From Candidatus Undinarchaeales archaeon (GTDB taxonomy: Archaea > SpSt-1190 > JASMDC01), in assembly GCA_030753015.1 (NCBI GenBank), contig JASMDC010000024.1:1-52755 (forward strand): DNA of 52,755 nt, in the 5' to 3' direction. Of this stretch, positions 18,694 through 31,300 are shown piece after piece (within the stretch, counting starts at the first letter, position 1; each line of letters starts with the position of its first letter). Made by a program: the position numbers and the translations under genes. Below the pieces are notes generated by a model. That model ran no database searches. It was not told where the DNA came from and saw only the letters and a list, made by a program, of their open reading frames with translations.

Positions 18694-19215
18694 CTACTCC
18701 TTCCAGATGAAGGTGACGACAGACTCCTCAGTGCGGGTACCGTCCGCGTCGGTGTACTCCTCGCGGTCCCATATCTCCTCGACGTTCTCGATGAGCTCGT
18801 ACGAGATGTGGAGCGCCTCGCGGAAACCGATGTACGCCTCGAGGCTCACGCCCTCCTCGGGCGGGAAGTTCGGTGAGGGCCGTCCGTGCTCGGCGGTGGC
18901 GGTCCGGGTGATGAGCTGATCGAGGCCCGCCAGGTCGCCGATGTAGGTGACACGGATCCCACGCTCCTCACCGCTGGTGGGCACGCTGCCCTCGCCCTCG
19001 TAGAGGTCCTCGAGGTCCTTTGTGTACTCCTTGACGACGATGTCCGCCTCGTACCCATCATCGCGCAGCTCTTCGGAGAGTGCCCCGATGTACCCTGCCA
19101 GCTCGTCCCGCTGGGGGAATGTCGCCAGATACCGGTCGTCGCCGTGGTCGGTGTGCACCGTTAGGTCGAAGTTTGTCCGGTAGTCGAGCTCGGCGTGGAG
19201 ATTATCGATGTCCAT
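18694..19215 (-). CDS. Acidic hypothetical protein
   Basis: 173-aa ORF with host-like codon usage, SD AGGAG; no recognised motif. Confidence 0.6.
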   Translation of the reverse strand: MDIDNLHAELDYRTNFDLTVHTDHGDDRYLATFPQRDELAGYIGALSEELRDDGYEADIVVKEYTKDLEDLYEGEGSVPTSGEERGIRVTYIGDLAGLDQLITRTATAEHGRPSPNFPPEEGVSLEAYIGFREALHISYELIENVEEIWDREEYTDADGTRTEESVVTFIWKE

Positions 19216-19294
19216 GATGATCGTGCTCCTGATATGGTGAATCCTAACTGGACACCGCTTTTATGGTTCGACCCTCCGGCGAACGTAGGAACGA

Positions 19295-20047
19295 CTACAA
19301 GTCGGTCCCGCGCAGCACGAAGAAGCAGTAGCCGTAGTAGTCCTTGTACCGCTCGTACATTGTGACCTCGTCCCGTAGTGTCCTGAGGAATCCCTGGGCA
19401 TCTGGATTTCCCTCATACTTCTTCTCGAGCACTGGAACCCGTTCCATCAATGGGGCGTAGAGGTTCTCGGTCCAGGCCGACTGCGGGAGGACGAAGTGTC
19501 CCACGACTTCGAGCTCCAGGCCGGCGATCAGCTTGAGGTTCGCATCGATTGTCCGGATGTCGGGGTACTCAGCGTCCCAGAACGCACGGAGCTTGTTGGG
19601 AGGATCGTCACGCAGCCACACGATCTCCGTGGCGGCGATGTAGCCTCCCGGTCTGAGAAGCATACGACAGGCCTTCAGGCCGTTGATGAAGCCCATGAGG
19701 TACAGCGCTCCCTCCGACCAGACGACGTCGAAGGTCCCGGGGTCGAAGTTCATGTCGGTCATGGACCTGTTCACTGTCCGTACCCGGTCGGCCACGCCGA
19801 GATCCTTTGCCTTGGCCATGAGCTGGTCCAGAAAGGGCTGGTGGATGTCGAGGGCCGTGACGGTCCCGTTCGAGATGCGAGCGAGCTCGATGGTCTGCTT
19901 TCCCGGACCGCAGCCGATGTCCAGGACCGCCGGATTGTCAGACCGTCCCTTCATCATGCGGTAGGCACGACGGGTGGACTCGTCGTCGCCGGGACCCGCC
20001 CGGGGGAGTCCAGTGAACACCTCGAAGAGCATCTCCATCTCGTCCAT
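19295..20047 (-). CDS. Class I SAM-dependent methyltransferase
   Basis: LPRAGPG, VLDIGCGPG, FDVVWSEGA, YYGYCFF. Confidence 0.92.
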   Translation of the reverse strand: MDEMEMLFEVFTGLPRAGPGDDESTRRAYRMMKGRSDNPAVLDIGCGPGKQTIELARISNGTVTALDIHQPFLDQLMAKAKDLGVADRVRTVNRSMTDMNFDPGTFDVVWSEGALYLMGFINGLKACRMLLRPGGYIAATEIVWLRDDPPNKLRAFWDAEYPDIRTIDANLKLIAGLELEVVGHFVLPQSAWTENLYAPLMERVPVLEKKYEGNPDAQGFLRTLRDEVTMYERYKDYYGYCFFVLRGTDL

Positions 20048-20119
20048 GGTAGTGCACCGCGCTTGCTGGCACGCGTCACCTTTTTATGCCCATGCTCAGG
20101 CGAGGAGTTACGCTCCCCG

Positions 20120-20257
20120 TCAGTCCCCGTCGTCATCGCTGCCCTTGAAGTAAACGTAGGCCCCTAGGAGACAGACGCCCACGAACAGCGGGAAGGTGAT
20201 CTCCTCGGGCACTCCCAGTCACTCCAGGATCCGCAGATACGAAAAGATAGTTGACAT
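20120..20257 (-). other. Small single-TM ORF interrupted by an in-frame TGA, or a 30-aa protein starting at GTG 20212
   Basis: MSTIFSYLRILE*LGVPEEITFPLFVGVCLLGAYVYFKGSDDDGD*; TATA-like tatttat about 35 nt upstream. Confidence 0.4.
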
Positions 20258-20372
20258 GATAGTTTCCCGGGCAACAAAGGAGGTTCAATGATAAATAGCT
20301 GATATCGGGAAGGTCGAAAATGATGATGGTATACCGTCCGGCCCCGAAGGACCGGACGGAGCTCCATCCCAA

Positions 20373-22667
<2,295 letters not shown>

Positions 22668-22941
22668 CCCTTTCCTCGAACTGCCGGGGCGATGGCTCTA
22701 TCCCTTATAAAGTTTACCGGGGGCCTCCGAGCGAATTCCAAGTTTCTTTTCCTTGCACTTGAAGGGATATATGTAACTTTCTTTTCATTCAGGATACAAC
22801 TCGTGTGACCTGGTGAAAAGGGGAGAGGATTATTGGCTCGTGTGTATTGCATGGATAAAAATCATTTTTCGCTCGCTCCCATACTTCGACCGCGGAAGAT
22901 AGTTTGAAAAAATAACACCCACAAGATGTCTGATATCGCTC

Positions 22942-23652
22942 TTGTCGGGAATTGATACCATGGCTGACCGTGCTCGAGTGTTCATAGCCGTCCTCCTCTG
23001 CTTCGCTCTAGTGGGGCCGAGCATGGCACTAGCGGGACCATTCGGCCGCGACCTGGGCGGCCTCGGTGACTTCGGTGGGATGGACGAGAGCGGTGCGGGC
23101 GGGGAATGTGAGGATCCTGATGATTGTACGACAGGTAACTGCAAGAACGGCGTCTGCTGCATCAAGGGGAAAGCATGCTGCAAGTCGAACGCCGAGTGTG
23201 ACGAGGGTCTGGTGTGCGACAAGGAGTCCGGTAAATGCGACATCTCCTGGCACACGATCAAGGAGCAGGGCATCGATGCCATCACGCGCAGGGCCCTTGA
23301 ACGCACGCCCACCGAGGACGTGTACGTTACCGTGGACCTGGACGTGCTCCATGGAGCGTACGTGACCACTGACTGGGACAACGGCGAGATGAGCTTGGAT
23401 GAGCTGCTCGACTCGATCAACCAGGTCCGGGAGAAGAAGAACATCATCGGACTGGACGTGAACGGTACCGACGGTACAGACAACGACGTCCACACCCAGT
23501 ACACCATCGCCGCCATCATCAACGAGATCACCGACGGACCGTACGAACGACAGTTCTTCATGGATAAGATCAGGGATAGCTATGGCGCCCCGCGCCCGCC
23601 ATCACAAATGAAGGAGAACCTCTGGGACAAGGTCTGCAAGATCTTCTCCTAG
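22942..23652 (+). CDS. Apparent fusion: signal peptide and Cys-rich module joined to a C-terminal fragment of an arginase/ureohydrolase-like protein
   Basis: Signal peptide, CEDPDDCTTGNCKNGVCC..CC..C..C..C, then VYVTVDLDVL..TDWDNGEMSLDEL..IIGLDV. Confidence 0.6.
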   Translation: MSGIDTMADRARVFIAVLLCFALVGPSMALAGPFGRDLGGLGDFGGMDESGAGGECEDPDDCTTGNCKNGVCCIKGKACCKSNAECDEGLVCDKESGKCDISWHTIKEQGIDAITRRALERTPTEDVYVTVDLDVLHGAYVTTDWDNGEMSLDELLDSINQVREKKNIIGLDVNGTDGTDNDVHTQYTIAAIINEITDGPYERQFFMDKIRDSYGAPRPPSQMKENLWDKVCKIFS

Positions 23653-23671
23653 GTGATACTCCCAAGGACCG

Positions 23672-24250
23672 ATGGAGATGCCAGGACACCGACACCATCA
23701 CGCTGGCCGGTCGAGCCGGGACATCCTGAACGCCGATGAGGTGGCCGCCGGGCTCGGGCTCAAGAACGGCATGAGCGTCCTCGACCTGGGATGCGGTGAC
23801 GGCCATCTTTCCCTGGGAGCGTCCCGCGTCGTCGGTGACAGGGGCGTAGTCCACGCTTTCGATGTGGACGAGCACGCCATCACCTCGCTGCGTAGTGAGA
23901 TCGAGGAACGAAACATCCAGAACATCCATCCCATGATTGCGGATGTCACGCGGAGGCTCCCCTTGGACGACAGGAGCATCGACTGCGTACTCGTGGCGAA
24001 CGTGATGCATGGATTCGCGGCTAACGGCGAGCTGGATGTCGTTCTTCCCGAGGTCAGGAGGGTGCTCAAGGAAAGTGGCCTTCTCGGCGTTGTCGAGTTC
24101 AAGAAGGTCAAAGACACTCCTGGGCCACCTCTCTCGGTCCGGCTCTCCCCCGCCGAGCTGGACAGCGTTATCACACCATTCGGATTCCGACTAATGGGAA
24201 CAGTAGGTACAGGGCAGTTCCATTATCTCGCCCTCTACGGACCGTGCTAG
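23672..24250 (+). CDS. Class I SAM-dependent methyltransferase with a His-rich N-terminus
   Basis: VLDLGCGDG, VHAFD, RVLKESG, VEFKK..GPP. Confidence 0.88.
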   Translation: MEMPGHRHHHAGRSSRDILNADEVAAGLGLKNGMSVLDLGCGDGHLSLGASRVVGDRGVVHAFDVDEHAITSLRSEIEERNIQNIHPMIADVTRRLPLDDRSIDCVLVANVMHGFAANGELDVVLPEVRRVLKESGLLGVVEFKKVKDTPGPPLSVRLSPAELDSVITPFGFRLMGTVGTGQFHYLALYGPC

Positions 24251-24253
24251 GGC

Positions 24254-24964
24254 TCAGTCCGATGTGCTCTTGTAGGCTCGCTTCACCGCTGCAAGATAGG
24301 TGTCCAGCTCTGCAAGGAACCGACCGCGGCCCAGGTCCATACCGTTTCGCATGGCCAGGGCACGGTGGGCCAGGTGCGCCCGGTCCTTCTCCCGTCTTGC
24401 AACCTCCCGGTAGTCCAGGGTGAAGGGATGGCCGCGCAGCTCCTGCTCTGATTCCACCAACATGAGGAAGGTTTTGAGGTAGTCGCCGAAGGCAAACGGG
24501 AGCTCTCCCCGTTCGGCCGCCTCACGGTGCTCGAGGAGACGGGCCAGGTCGTGCGCCAGCTCCTCCCGGGCAGTAGCGGGTCGCACGATGATGTCCTCGG
24601 GTGCGAGCGGCTTACCGGCCAGATGCCTCCAGGACGGGAGCCCGCGAAGGAGGACGGGGAGGGGGATGTACTTAGTGAGTGTACCATGCTGGGGACCGTC
24701 GGCCAGCTCGCTCGCAGCGATGCCGCGGAGACGGACGGGCTCCCCGGCGGCCTCGGACAATGAACTGTTGCGCGCCTCCTCACCATCGAAATCGTACGTG
24801 TCTTCCACGATGCCGAACAGGTCCCAGTCGGACGAGGGAATGCCCGCTCCGATGGCCCGGCTGCCACCGAAGTAGAGCGAGCGCAGTGAGGCCCCTACCT
24901 GTCTGACGGTATCGCGGGAAAGACGTTCGAGGAACGCGTCATGGTCCATCATCGGGCGGGACAT
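24254..24964 (-). CDS. Nucleotidyltransferase (Pol-beta superfamily) domain protein
   Basis: LYFGGSRAIG..SDWDL (GS and DxD) followed by a helical C-terminal domain. Confidence 0.75.
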   Translation of the reverse strand: MSRPMMDHDAFLERLSRDTVRQVGASLRSLYFGGSRAIGAGIPSSDWDLFGIVEDTYDFDGEEARNSSLSEAAGEPVRLRGIAASELADGPQHGTLTKYIPLPVLLRGLPSWRHLAGKPLAPEDIIVRPATAREELAHDLARLLEHREAAERGELPFAFGDYLKTFLMLVESEQELRGHPFTLDYREVARREKDRAHLAHRALAMRNGMDLGRGRFLAELDTYLAAVKRAYKSTSD

Positions 24965-24968
24965 GGTC

Positions 24969-25895
24969 CTAGTCCTTCTCGGCCACCGCGAGCCCGATGC
25001 AGGTGTCGGCGGCGCCGTAGTACACGTACACCCTCTCGCCGTCGTCCACAAGTCCCTCCGAGAAGGTCACGTTGGGGACCAGTCCACCGGTCTCCCAGGG
25101 CTCGGTAGGCTCGAGGATGGGATCGTCAGTGCGTCGGATCACGCGCCCGGGATCGTTTCGGTCGAACATCACGACACCGGTCCGGTGTACCTTGTCAGCG
25201 TCCCAACCGTTGTAGACGAGGAGGATGCCCTCATCGGTCACCACCGGTGTGGCCCCGGGCTCGACACCCATGGAGTCCCAGTTACCCTCCCTGGTGACGA
25301 GCACCGGCTCGGGCGCCTCCTCCCAGTGGACGAGGTCGTCGGAGTAGGCCACTCCGATGGCAGTGTGCCATGGCTCGCTCTCTCCGAGGAAATACATCAC
25401 GTACCGTCCGTCCACCTTCTCAGGTACGATGACTGCGGCCTTCTTGTTGCCGGCGTCCCAGTCCTCCACGCCCTCAGTGAGCACCGGCCCCAGCTTCTCC
25501 CAGGAACGGAGGTCAGTGGACGTGGCCAGACAGATGTGGGACGTGCCATAGGTGGGATTGATACCGACGTACGCGAGGACGTACGTGTCGTCGATCTTTG
25601 CGATACGCGGGTCCTCCACCCCCTGGAACTCGTAGGGCTGGTCCGGCCGCATCACGGGCTCCGGCTCCTTTGTGAAGTGCACGCCATCGGTGCTGGTGGC
25701 AAGCCCCAGCTGGGCGGTGTATGGTGTGCGGTCGTCGTAGGCGCGGTAGAGCATGTAGAAGGTGTCGCCTTCCTTGACGACGGATGGATTGAGCACACCG
25801 TCACGGTCGAAACCGTCGCCCTCGGGGATCATGATCGGTTCCGCGAACTTCTCCAAGTGCTGAAGTCGTTCATAGAGTCCTTCGACCTGTTCCAT
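24969..25895 (-). CDS. GH130 (DUF377) glycosidase/phosphorylase
   Basis: VLNPSV, LYRA, GVEDPRI, GLVPNVTFSEG, YYGAADT. Confidence 0.9.
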   Translation of the reverse strand: MEQVEGLYERLQHLEKFAEPIMIPEGDGFDRDGVLNPSVVKEGDTFYMLYRAYDDRTPYTAQLGLATSTDGVHFTKEPEPVMRPDQPYEFQGVEDPRIAKIDDTYVLAYVGINPTYGTSHICLATSTDLRSWEKLGPVLTEGVEDWDAGNKKAAVIVPEKVDGRYVMYFLGESEPWHTAIGVAYSDDLVHWEEAPEPVLVTREGNWDSMGVEPGATPVVTDEGILLVYNGWDADKVHRTGVVMFDRNDPGRVIRRTDDPILEPTEPWETGGLVPNVTFSEGLVDDGERVYVYYGAADTCIGLAVAEKD

Positions 25896-25987
25896 CCGGT
25901 CAGCCCTTCCTGCCGTGGCAGGCGAGTTGGAGGCCCCGGGGCCGGTTTATATGCTTTGCCCCTCTCGTGGCCGAACCGGGGTCCCGT

Positions 25988-26416
25988 TCAGGCGGAGATC
26001 TCGACGACCTTGAGCTTGAAGTTCAGGACCTTGCCCGCGAGCGGGTGGTTGAGGTCGATCTTGACCTGCGTATCTCCGACCTCGAGGATCTTGGCAGGGA
26101 GCTGGATCCCGTTGGGGAGACCGATGGCGATCATCATCCCGGGCTTCGGTTCCTCATCCTTGGGGAACATGTCACGCGGGACAGGCCTCACCTTCTCGGG
26201 ATCGGGATCACCATAGGCGTCGTCCGACTCGATCTTGACGGCCTTCTCCTCGTCCTTCTCCATACCGAGGACGGCCTTCTCGAAACCAGGGATGACCTTG
26301 CCCTCGCCGACCTTGAACTCGATAGGACCGTGACCTTCCGAACTGTCGAACACGGTCCCGTCCTCGAGGGTTCCCGTGTACTCAATCTTAACCGTGTCGC
26401 CTTCTTTTACTGGCAT
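25988..26416 (-). CDS. FKBP-type peptidyl-prolyl isomerase (SlyD-like)
   Basis: YTGTLEDGTVFDSS, IPGFE, AYG, DLNHPLAGKVLNF. Confidence 0.95.
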   Translation of the reverse strand: MPVKEGDTVKIEYTGTLEDGTVFDSSEGHGPIEFKVGEGKVIPGFEKAVLGMEKDEEKAVKIESDDAYGDPDPEKVRPVPRDMFPKDEEPKPGMMIAIGLPNGIQLPAKILEVGDTQVKIDLNHPLAGKVLNFKLKVVEISA

Positions 26417-26548
26417 AGTATCATATCCCACATCAGAAAGAAGCACGACCCCAAATGGACTGGACCCCTTTGAAGATGTTGGGCTCCCCGTCAGGGTTAT
26501 GTTATTAATGCCTTTGCCCGCTCTTGCCTCTTCGGAGGATTAGAAGGG

Positions 26549-27682
26549 ATGATCGATTTCGGTCGTGTACGGTCCGCCCGGGTATTCATGTTCGCCATCC
26601 TGATGGTGTTCTTCGTTTGGGCGACATTTCTGCTCCTTCCTTTCTTCGAGCCCGTGTTCGTCGGCTCGGTCCTGGCCATCGTGTTCTACCCTGTGTTCAA
26701 GCGGCTCCTTGAAGTCATCGGCTCCCGCCGTCTGGCCTCGTTCGGGACCATCCTCGTCATGCTCACCATTTTCTTCGGTATAACCAGTGTGTTCCTCTCC
26801 TCCCTGGGGTCCGCAGCCACGGAGATCGGTAACAACGCAGATGAGAACATCTCCAGGCTCATGGATCGGTACGTGAGCGTCACCGGCGATCGCGCTCTCC
26901 TCGAAAAGTACACATGGGGGAAGCTCAGCGAGAAGGAGATCGCCAAGCAACTCCAGGACCTCGTCGCAGGCAACCAGGGCGTGCTCATTAAATTCGTCGG
27001 AGGCCTCGTCGGTGCCGTCGGCGACATCGTCCCCACACTCATCGTCATCTTCTACCTCATCTTCTACGTGTATGTTGACGAGGAGAGCATCCTTGAGGTC
27101 ATTCACAACATCATACCCCTCGATCCGTCGAACACCGCGTCCTTCATCAACGAGATCTCCAACAACGTACGCGGAATCGTGATCGGTCAGGGGTTCACCT
27201 CCATCGTTTCAGGTCTTTCAGGAGGTCTTGGCCTGTGGCTCTTCGGATTCAACGGCGCTGCGTTCTGGGGGTTCGTGATGATGTTCTGTGCTTTCCTCCC
27301 CATGGTGGGCACTAACCTGATATGGATCCCCGCAGGCATCATCGCCCTGGTCTTCGGCGACTATTTCTCGGGCGGAGGCATCATCATCTGGGGCTTCACC
27401 GTGCAGACCTACGTGGACAACATCTTCACACCGCAGGTCATCGGCCGTTACATGCGCTGCCATCCCGTGTTCGTGCTCCTCGGGGTGTTCGGTGGCGTGG
27501 TATCCTACGGCCTAATCGGTGTGTTCCTCGGCCCCCTGGTGCTCGTGACCTTGATGACGTGCTTCACCTACTACCAGAAGCAATGGCTCGAGATCGAGGA
27601 AGAGGATGAGGTCGAGGGGGATGAGCTCGAGGCGGAGGGGACAGAGGAAAGTGAAGCGGAGGACGAGGATGACGAGGAATGA
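26549..27682 (+). CDS. AI-2E (PerM) family transporter with an acidic tail
   Basis: LPMVGT..WIP, VDN..P, HP..LLGVFGG..G..G..LGP. Confidence 0.9.
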   Translation: MIDFGRVRSARVFMFAILMVFFVWATFLLLPFFEPVFVGSVLAIVFYPVFKRLLEVIGSRRLASFGTILVMLTIFFGITSVFLSSLGSAATEIGNNADENISRLMDRYVSVTGDRALLEKYTWGKLSEKEIAKQLQDLVAGNQGVLIKFVGGLVGAVGDIVPTLIVIFYLIFYVYVDEESILEVIHNIIPLDPSNTASFINEISNNVRGIVIGQGFTSIVSGLSGGLGLWLFGFNGAAFWGFVMMFCAFLPMVGTNLIWIPAGIIALVFGDYFSGGGIIIWGFTVQTYVDNIFTPQVIGRYMRCHPVFVLLGVFGGVVSYGLIGVFLGPLVLVTLMTCFTYYQKQWLEIEEEDEVEGDELEAEGTEESEAEDEDDEE

Positions 27683-27746
27683 TGCGGTTCACGGGCTCTC
27701 CTGGAGCGTACTATAGTAATATAACGCATTTGTAACTTTGTATAGG

Positions 27747-27769
27747 TTCATATATATTATTTATATGAA
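27747..27769. promoter_or_regulatory. AT-rich 8-bp inverted repeat in the promoter of the TFB-like gene
   Basis: ttcatata-N7-tatatgaa. Confidence 0.45.
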
Positions 27770-27801
27770 ATATTTAATTAGATTGCCGGATATATACTTA
27801 G

Positions 27802-28374
27802 TTGATGTGCAATCGAAACGAAGCCGAACAGCGGCTCCTCAGGTTCCTGGAGAAGCGGGGGTGCGATGAATACTTCGACGAGATCATCGACACAACCGAC
27901 TCCTTGACCTGCGGCAACGGTTTCTACTCCTATCTTCCTGCGGTCACCTATGTCATCCTCCGTGACCGACACGGTATGGTCGTCTCACCGGCGGAGGTCA
28001 CGAGCGAGGGACCGGGACAGGCCCGGTTCAAGTTCATCCAGAAGGTAAGGCGGGCTTTGGACATATCGAGGGAGCGGTGCGTGGCGTGCGACGCGGCGAT
28101 CAACGAGACCATCGCGAGCATCTGCCGCGCACTCTCCCTCACCCATCCGGTGCAGAAGGAGGCAGGCCGCCTCAACGACACGATCCCGGCCTCCCAGCGA
28201 GCACGGGTCAAGGAGATGTTCTACTACTGCGCCACCCTTGTCTATCTTGCTGCCGCACGCTTCGATCATGTCAGTTCATCGCGTGAGCTCGCCCATGGTC
28301 TTGACATCTCCCATAACTACCTGCGCAAGTACGAACGCTTCATCAGACAGGAGATGTCCGGTGCGGGCATCTAG
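27802..28374 (+). CDS. TFB/TFIIB cyclin-fold-like protein without a zinc ribbon
   Basis: IASICRALSL..ATLVYLAA..SSRELAHGLDISHNYLRKY resembles the second cyclin repeat/HTH of TFB. Confidence 0.55.
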   Translation: MMCNRNEAEQRLLRFLEKRGCDEYFDEIIDTTDSLTCGNGFYSYLPAVTYVILRDRHGMVVSPAEVTSEGPGQARFKFIQKVRRALDISRERCVACDAAINETIASICRALSLTHPVQKEAGRLNDTIPASQRARVKEMFYYCATLVYLAAARFDHVSSSRELAHGLDISHNYLRKYERFIRQEMSGAGI

Positions 28375-31300
28375 TCGAGCTGTTGGACGCTACAGGTGCA
28401 ACCGCAGTGATGGACGTCCACTCGGCAAGCATCCGTGTCCACCTTCAGCTCGCATGAAGGGACGCATCCGTTGCATCTGACCTCCAGTGCGCAGTCGCCA
28501 ACCTCGATGTCCTGGAGGATGTCCACCCGATCGCCCTCCACTGCCTCGTAGCCGCCGATGAGCTTGGCGCCGGGATGGACGGACTGGTCTATGTAGCTGT
28601 CCGCCCAGGCGAGGTCTTCCTCGTCCTTGGCCTTCACCTGGAGAACATAGGTCGCGCCCTCTTGGATCCGGAAGGGCATGGTCGCCACGGTTATGTTCGC
28701 ACCGGGAGCTATCCCGCGCACCAGCTCGCCGCCGGTGGCCATCACGGCCTCTCCCAGATTGGAACCCGTACCGATCACCTTCAGGCCGATGTTACCACTG
28801 AAGGGGACACGGGCCAGGTTGCGCATAACAACGCGTGCGAAAACACGGCCGCCCGGCTCCACGTTCACCACTGAAGCATCCCCGGCCAGGAACCTGGCCT
28901 CGACGGCCTCCAGGCGCGGGAGCACGACCTCTGCGTAGGCCTCGGGATAGGAGCGACCGGCGGGAGTGGCGGCGTCCCGGCAGGCAGTGGTGAGATGCGG
29001 GAGGGCGCAGGCATCCTTGCCGGTCCCGTACACTGTAAGAGGTCCCTGGAACAGGATACCGCTCGCGGCCCGGGCCGTTGCATGGATCCCCAGCACGAGA
29101 TCGGCCCATTCGCTGCTGACGATGACCGGATCGGTCTTCAGGGCGACACCGTCCTCCTCGCTCCAGAGGGTGTGGGTCTGGACCGTGCCCTGAAAGCGTC
29201 CCCCTGCGGTGATGGCGAGCTCCACCTTCACCGGCGCGGTCCTGCTCGAGAGCCGCACCTCTCCCACAACGCTCATCCCGGGATATACCCGATTGACCGG
29301 TTCACCGTCGGCGAGCACCCGTGCCGATACAATCATGGCCTCAGGCGGATGGTCGTAGGCGCGGATCGGACCCATTGCCTGGGCCACGACCACCCCGTCG
29401 CGGTCACGTACGTTGATCAACGATCGTAGGTAGGAGCCCACCTGGTCGGATCCCAGGGTGAGTGGTGCTGTTGTGAGGATCTTGATGTCACCAGGGTCCA
29501 TGGTGGGAATGGTGAGGGTGGTCACGGTACCTGTCCGGCGCTCCTTGCAGGTGCACTCGCACGAACGGTCCGAAGGGCACTCACCGCACCGGCACTCGGT
29601 CAGCACCAGGAGCGAGAGCTCTGCCGAGCCCGAGAAGCTGGTGATACCGAGGTTCTGGACGCGTAAGGAGGCGGTCACGGCCTCGCCGACGACGAGCAGC
29701 TCGGCAGGCTCACCGGCCAGGAGCAGGTCGGGCACTATCTCAACAACGGGAGCGCGTGCCCGACACATGCGACCGCACAGTTCCGGTAGGTCCTCACCCC
29801 GGCAGCTGAGAGTGCACTTGAGTGCCGCAAGGGGGAGGGTAGCACAGGTCTCGATGCATCCCTTCCAGAGGTCCGGGCTCCGGCGGAGGCACTCCCGCTC
29901 GCAGGATATGTCGGCGGTCTCGCACGCCGTTGTGCACCGGTCGACCAGGGCCCTGTCGCCCCGGGCCATCTTCTGGCAGTCGGTCAGGCAGCTGTCCTCC
30001 CCGACGAGGCAGCCCTCGTCCACCGGCACCTCCCTCAGTCCCAGACGACAACACATCCCGGTGGATGACGTGGCGGTCTGGCACCGGTCGTAGGTGAGAC
30101 CGTAGAGCTCGGCAAGGTCGCAGCTGGCACCGTCACCTGATGCCTTGACACCACCGAGAGCGTTCGTGGGGAAGAGGCGTCGGCAGCACGCTTCGACGTC
30201 AGGGCGCGGACGGGGGACACATCGCTGGAGTGTACGACGCCACTCGTCCCCCATCTCGCACACGCAGGTTCCGGTCTGGGGATGACAGTGGGAGCGTCGG
30301 GTCCGGTAACAGTCCATGCAGTGGGTCTCGCAGGGAGCGGCAGGGAGTGGTCTGACGAAGGTGTCATCCAGGCACTGCGTCTCGTTCACGAAGAGGCTGC
30401 GTCCCGAGGCCCGGGTGAACACCTCCAGGAGCCGGAGCAGGTTGGCTGACCAGGGGTCCACGTTGCCATCCCTTACTTGCCGGCCGTAGGTCTCCTCCTT
30501 GCATAGCTTGAAGGTCGTGCAGAACGCGCTCTCTGCTCGGGAGCTGCCCCCGGCACCGTCAGATGTGGCGGAGCATGCCTCCACTCCAAAACCCTCGCAG
30601 CATTCCCGGGCGCGCGTCAGCACGTCGTCGCACTCATCAATGCCCTGGTCCTTGCAGAACCGCCACACCTTGGCCTCGTCCACTACCAGACGGACCATGG
30701 TGGCGGGCCGTGAGAAGTGATGTGTGGTGACGTCATCCCTGAGAACGGGGGATGCAAGGGTGGTCACATGTCGGGACACGGCCTGCTGGTAGGCGTTGAT
30801 GTCCATCCCCCCCACAGGCTCCGCGGAGCCGAGCACCATGTCAAGGATTATATCTAACTCGGCTTGGGCCTCGCGGGCGGAGTCACCGTCCAGCGCCCCG
30901 GTCCGCATGGCGGCCTCCAGCTTTCCCCGGAGCACGCCAAGGCGCTCGAGCACGATAGGGTATCGTTCGAGGACGTTCCTCTCCATGAACCTCAGCGCTA
31001 AAGCCAGCTCTGCGGCGCCGGCGCAGGGGGCCATCCCCGGATTCTCTGCAAGGAGGCAGGCGTCCCGCAGGTCGATCGTCTTTAGCGAGCACTCATGCAC
31101 GCCCGTGGGCGATCGATAGCGGTCCACACAGAAAGCATCAGAGGGGCACGATGCGGCCACACCAGCGCATCCTTCCGGGAGCGCTTTACCGCCGGCATCG
31201 GCCGATGTGGTGCCCAGCGTTGCCACGCCGTACCCGCCTCCTCCGATGTCACCCACCGAGGCCTCGCATCTCGCACAATGGACGATCAGCGCCAGGTGTT

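Noticed and set aside
24254-24964. MNT-HEPN toxin-antitoxin or CBASS system
   Set aside because: No HEPN RxxxxH partner or effector nearby; it lies in an apparent operon with a GH130 enzyme
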